The notes under the pieces were generated by a model. The model was given only the letters and a program-made list of their open reading frames with translations. It made no database searches and was not told the DNA's origin. Both the position numbers and the translations under genes were made by a program. DNA of 39,414 nucleotides from Octopus bimaculoides (Eukaryota), in the NCBI RefSeq assembly GCF_001194135.2, contig NC_069002.1, positions 36,346,608-36,386,021 on the forward strand. The letters run 5' to 3'. The stretch's first letter is position 1. Each line of letters opens with the position of its first letter. Positions 38,549 through 39,414 of this stretch are shown piece after piece.

Positions 38549-38974
38549 TTACAAAGAATTGTATTTGGAACATGTGAATCAGTTTGCCCCGTACTTTTTG
38601 GATAAACTCGAGCTTTTCTAATTATTATCTTTTGATTAATGCTAATTATTTGTGAAGAAACAGATAAACCTATTTAGGCTGGATATTTGTGTTATACATT
38701 TCTCATTATTTTATGAAAGATGTTCTTATTTTCTTTTGTCGGGACGAGACATTCACATTCATCAAACTTTGCAACAGAGCACGACTGCAGCCGTCAACTC
38801 CATACAACTATATTTGGGCGGTTTTGCTATCATCGGGTTGCTGTTTTTATTGAGTTGTTGCACCAGTATTCTTTGATTTGAAACGTGAATACACTCTGGT
38901 TTTGGTGTACCTTTGACATAGTAGTAAAAACAACAAGTTTTTATACGTTGTTTTTAGATGGTGTGTGTATGTGT

Positions 38975-39046
38975 TTGACAAGCCTCACATACTTGTTTGG
39001 GACAGAAATAAAAATAATGTTACTACAGAAGCCAGATACATTTGAA
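38975..39046 (+). promoter_or_regulatory. Non-coding exon 1 of ICK-E
   Basis: Homologous to exon 1 of C and D, with donor GAA/GTAAGG at 39047. Homology stops upstream of about 38975. Confidence 0.45.
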
Positions 39047-39371
39047 GTAAGGACATTTCATTCATAATTAACAGAATCGAGAATATTTACGGACAAATTC
39101 TTCGAAGACATCATCTTCACCTCAATTAAATATTTACATTAGTACTTTTGTTGGAATTAAATTTGCATTAGAACTATTGGTGCAATTAAATTAGCTATAT
39201 TCTTTAGTATTTAAATGATAATGCTGTAAAGCTCGGATTTTCGGTGAAATAAATTTGGACAGCGAAAAGATGTTAGCTAAATTTCAGCCGTAGACCTTTG
39301 CTTCTTTGTAGGAATAAAGCTTCCGTTTCTAATGACTCCCGTTGTTACATTTCTATATCATTAGGTGCGTG

Positions 39372-39414
39372 ATGAAAAGCATTAGTGTCTTATTGTTTTG
39401 TGCATTCATTTCAT
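39372..39414 (+). CDS. ICK-E: signal-peptide exon, truncated by the window end
   Basis: Acceptor TTAG/GTGCGTG then ATG; reads MKSISVLLFCAFIS. Near-identical to the ICK-D signal exon and intron 1. Confidence 0.7.
   Translation, partial: MKSISVLLFCAFIS

Overview
This is eukaryotic, AT-rich, repeat-dense DNA with eight N gaps. Its tRNA-derived SINEs and long (AT)/(GT)/(TAG)/(ATT) microsatellites suggest an octopod cephalopod; this is inferred, not proven. Almost all ORFs in the supplied track are microsatellite or transposon artefacts. The real coding content is hidden in short spliced exons, which I assembled by eye. They form a tandem and inverted cluster of at least five paralogous loci encoding small precursors: signal peptide, propeptide, basic cleavage site, then an 8-Cys C-C-CC-CxC-CxC domain. 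This is the inhibitor cystine knot framework of spider agatoxin/CSTX toxins and of protostome agatoxin-like neuropeptides. ICK-A (minus, 14721-18499) is complete and ends in Gly, a possible amidation signal. ICK-B (minus, 7706-8168) is a partial locus with the knot split across two segments. ICK-C (plus, 23383-25679) and ICK-D (minus, 29957-32511) add a hydrophobic, GPI-signal-like C-terminal tail, suggesting membrane-tethered knottins. ICK-E (plus) starts at 39372 and runs off the window. Signal exons are nearly invariant while the mature loops are highly divergent. The rest of the window is LINE fragments (L1/Tx1, RTE, CR1, Dong/R4, Penelope), a Tc1/mariner relic, a Gypsy LTR-gag-protease fragment, a foldback MITE with a palindromic telomere-repeat core, SINEs and microsatellites. 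All gene models are manual and need transcript support.
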